Shown one piece after another: positions 62,532-64,000 of a stretch of DNA of 64,000 nt (positions are counted from its first letter, which is position 1; the number at the start of each line of letters is the position of its first letter). Source of the stretch: Podarcis tiliguerta (lineage: Eukaryota); assembly GCA_965153285.1 (NCBI GenBank), contig OZ229110.1. One strand, written 5' to 3'. The notes under the pieces were generated by a model. It searched no databases. It was not told the DNA's origin and saw only the letters and a program-made list of their open reading frames with translations. Position numbers and translations under genes: made by a program.

Positions 62532-64000
62532 CTCTATCCATTACTTCACACTGGATTTGCACTGTACAGACTCATGCTAGTAAAAGTCATAACTACTGCT
62601 GAAGGTAGACTGAAGCTGCTGCCTTGGGTTGCAGAATCCCATGGGGGGGGGAGGTACTCTTGCTGGTGGGGCTGTGCAACGGTGACTTCCAGCCAGATCT
62701 TGCAAAATCTCATGGAACTCTGGCAATATCTTGCAGTGCTTTTGTGAGCTCTCACAATATCTCGTTGGAAGCTGCTGCGAGACCTCAGTAAGCGAGGCTT
62801 TGGCGTTGTGGTGGAACAGCTTCCCGTTTTACCGCAGGCAGTGAAATGGGATGGTCCACCCCTGAGCACAAGCAATTCCTATTCATGCAAGGAGCTCCTC
62901 CATTTTAGTAGGCCTGTGTGCGACATGCAACTGGGAAAACACAAAACCCCATGGGAGGAAGACCCATCAGTTTGTGCCTCTCCTTAATGAATGGAGAAGA
63001 GGCAGCACTTGTTAAAAACAAAAAACAAAAACCACTTATGTTTAAGTACAACCCACAGAGGACTTTGGATTGGAGTAAAAGAGTTGCCTTGTTTCCCTTG
63101 ACTAACTTATTTATATCAAGATACAGCAACAGCCTATTTCATCAGAGGGAAGGAATTTGCCTACCCTGGGAGGCAACCGGTAGCAGCAGCCCATCGTTGA
63201 AGGAGACCCACTCTGATTGCTGGGAAGCAATTACGTTGGCTAGTGATGTCATGCTCGCTGCAAGTCGCTACTCATCTTCACATCACTGGCAGACAGTAGA
63301 CAGCAGACAGCCCTCTTTGTTGCAAAGTTGTCATTTTTTAAAAAATCATTTCATTCCTGACACAGCAGCTGTAAGGAGGGTGAAAAAAGATTAGAAATCC
63401 ACAATTTGATTGTACAAGGGTATAAATGGCTACTAGTAAAGATTAGTGTCTCTGAATACCATTTGCTGCGGAAAACATACAGGAAAGTGCTATTGAACTA
63501 CAGCAGGAGAGAGCAAATTTCAGGCTTGTGAGCTCCTAACAAATGGGTAGAAGGGGTAGGATTTGGGGGTTGGGTATAAGCTTAGCTTTCCTTTTTAAAA
63601 AAGGAAGTGGACATTTCTGAGGGACAGGGAAGGATATTGGGGTATGCTTGCTTAAGCACTTTTCTATTATTTCATTCATTCCTGAGTCTGCAGCCTTTGC
63701 AGAATAAAACACAACTGGCTGGTTTGGGCATGTTTTATCCCAAAGTAACTTCCTTGAAATAAAGATGTTATGCCAATCTTATTGGAGATTCAGTAACTTC
63801 TTGTGAAATTCCTAGAGATGTTTTGGCTGGGCAGGGATAAAAACCAACTATTACTAGTCTTGTTTCAAATGGCAAAATGGATTGGGCTGGCCCTGTGCGA
63901 TTCGGAAGGAGGTCTACTGTTGCTTGCATATGGAATTTGTGTAAGTAAGTGTAAATCAAGTAACCTATTTTTTTCTGGAATTGGAACTTTGGCTCTTTTG

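Noticed and set aside
1-64000. CRISPR arrays, operons or other prokaryotic systems
   Set aside because: The sequence is vertebrate intron/exon DNA. Repeats are microsatellites and TEs, with no repeat-spacer structure.

Overview
Vertebrate genomic DNA, almost certainly a squamate and probably a lacertid lizard, judging by Sauria SINEs, BovB/RTE, CR1, L2 and hAT/Tc1-mariner MITEs. The window holds most of the stonin-2 gene (STON2, an endocytic adaptor with a mu-homology domain) on the minus strand. Five coding exons splice in frame with GT-AG sites: 61138-61401, 57426-57623, 16139-18004, 10934-11136 and 9927-10010. The protein ends in a CaaX-like CAVQ*. A ~3.4 kb 3'UTR probably follows, and the first coding exon lies beyond the right edge. 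The rest is TE-rich intron and intergenic sequence. I found no clearly novel gene system. The most unusual observations are: (1) a CR1 3' fragment fused to a ~97% identical inverted copy of a segment 6.5 kb away in the same intron, a possible reverse-transcriptase template switch onto host pre-mRNA; (2) a young 147-bp hAT MITE carrying telomeric TTAGGG/G-quadruplex motifs; (3) a sense-oriented 254-bp solo LTR; (4) inverted CR1 copies flanking two exons that would circularise into a stop-free 462-nt frame; (5) a compact ARE/E-box/ARE motif cluster. Coordinates and identities were read by eye. TE family names come from recalled sequence features, not database searches.
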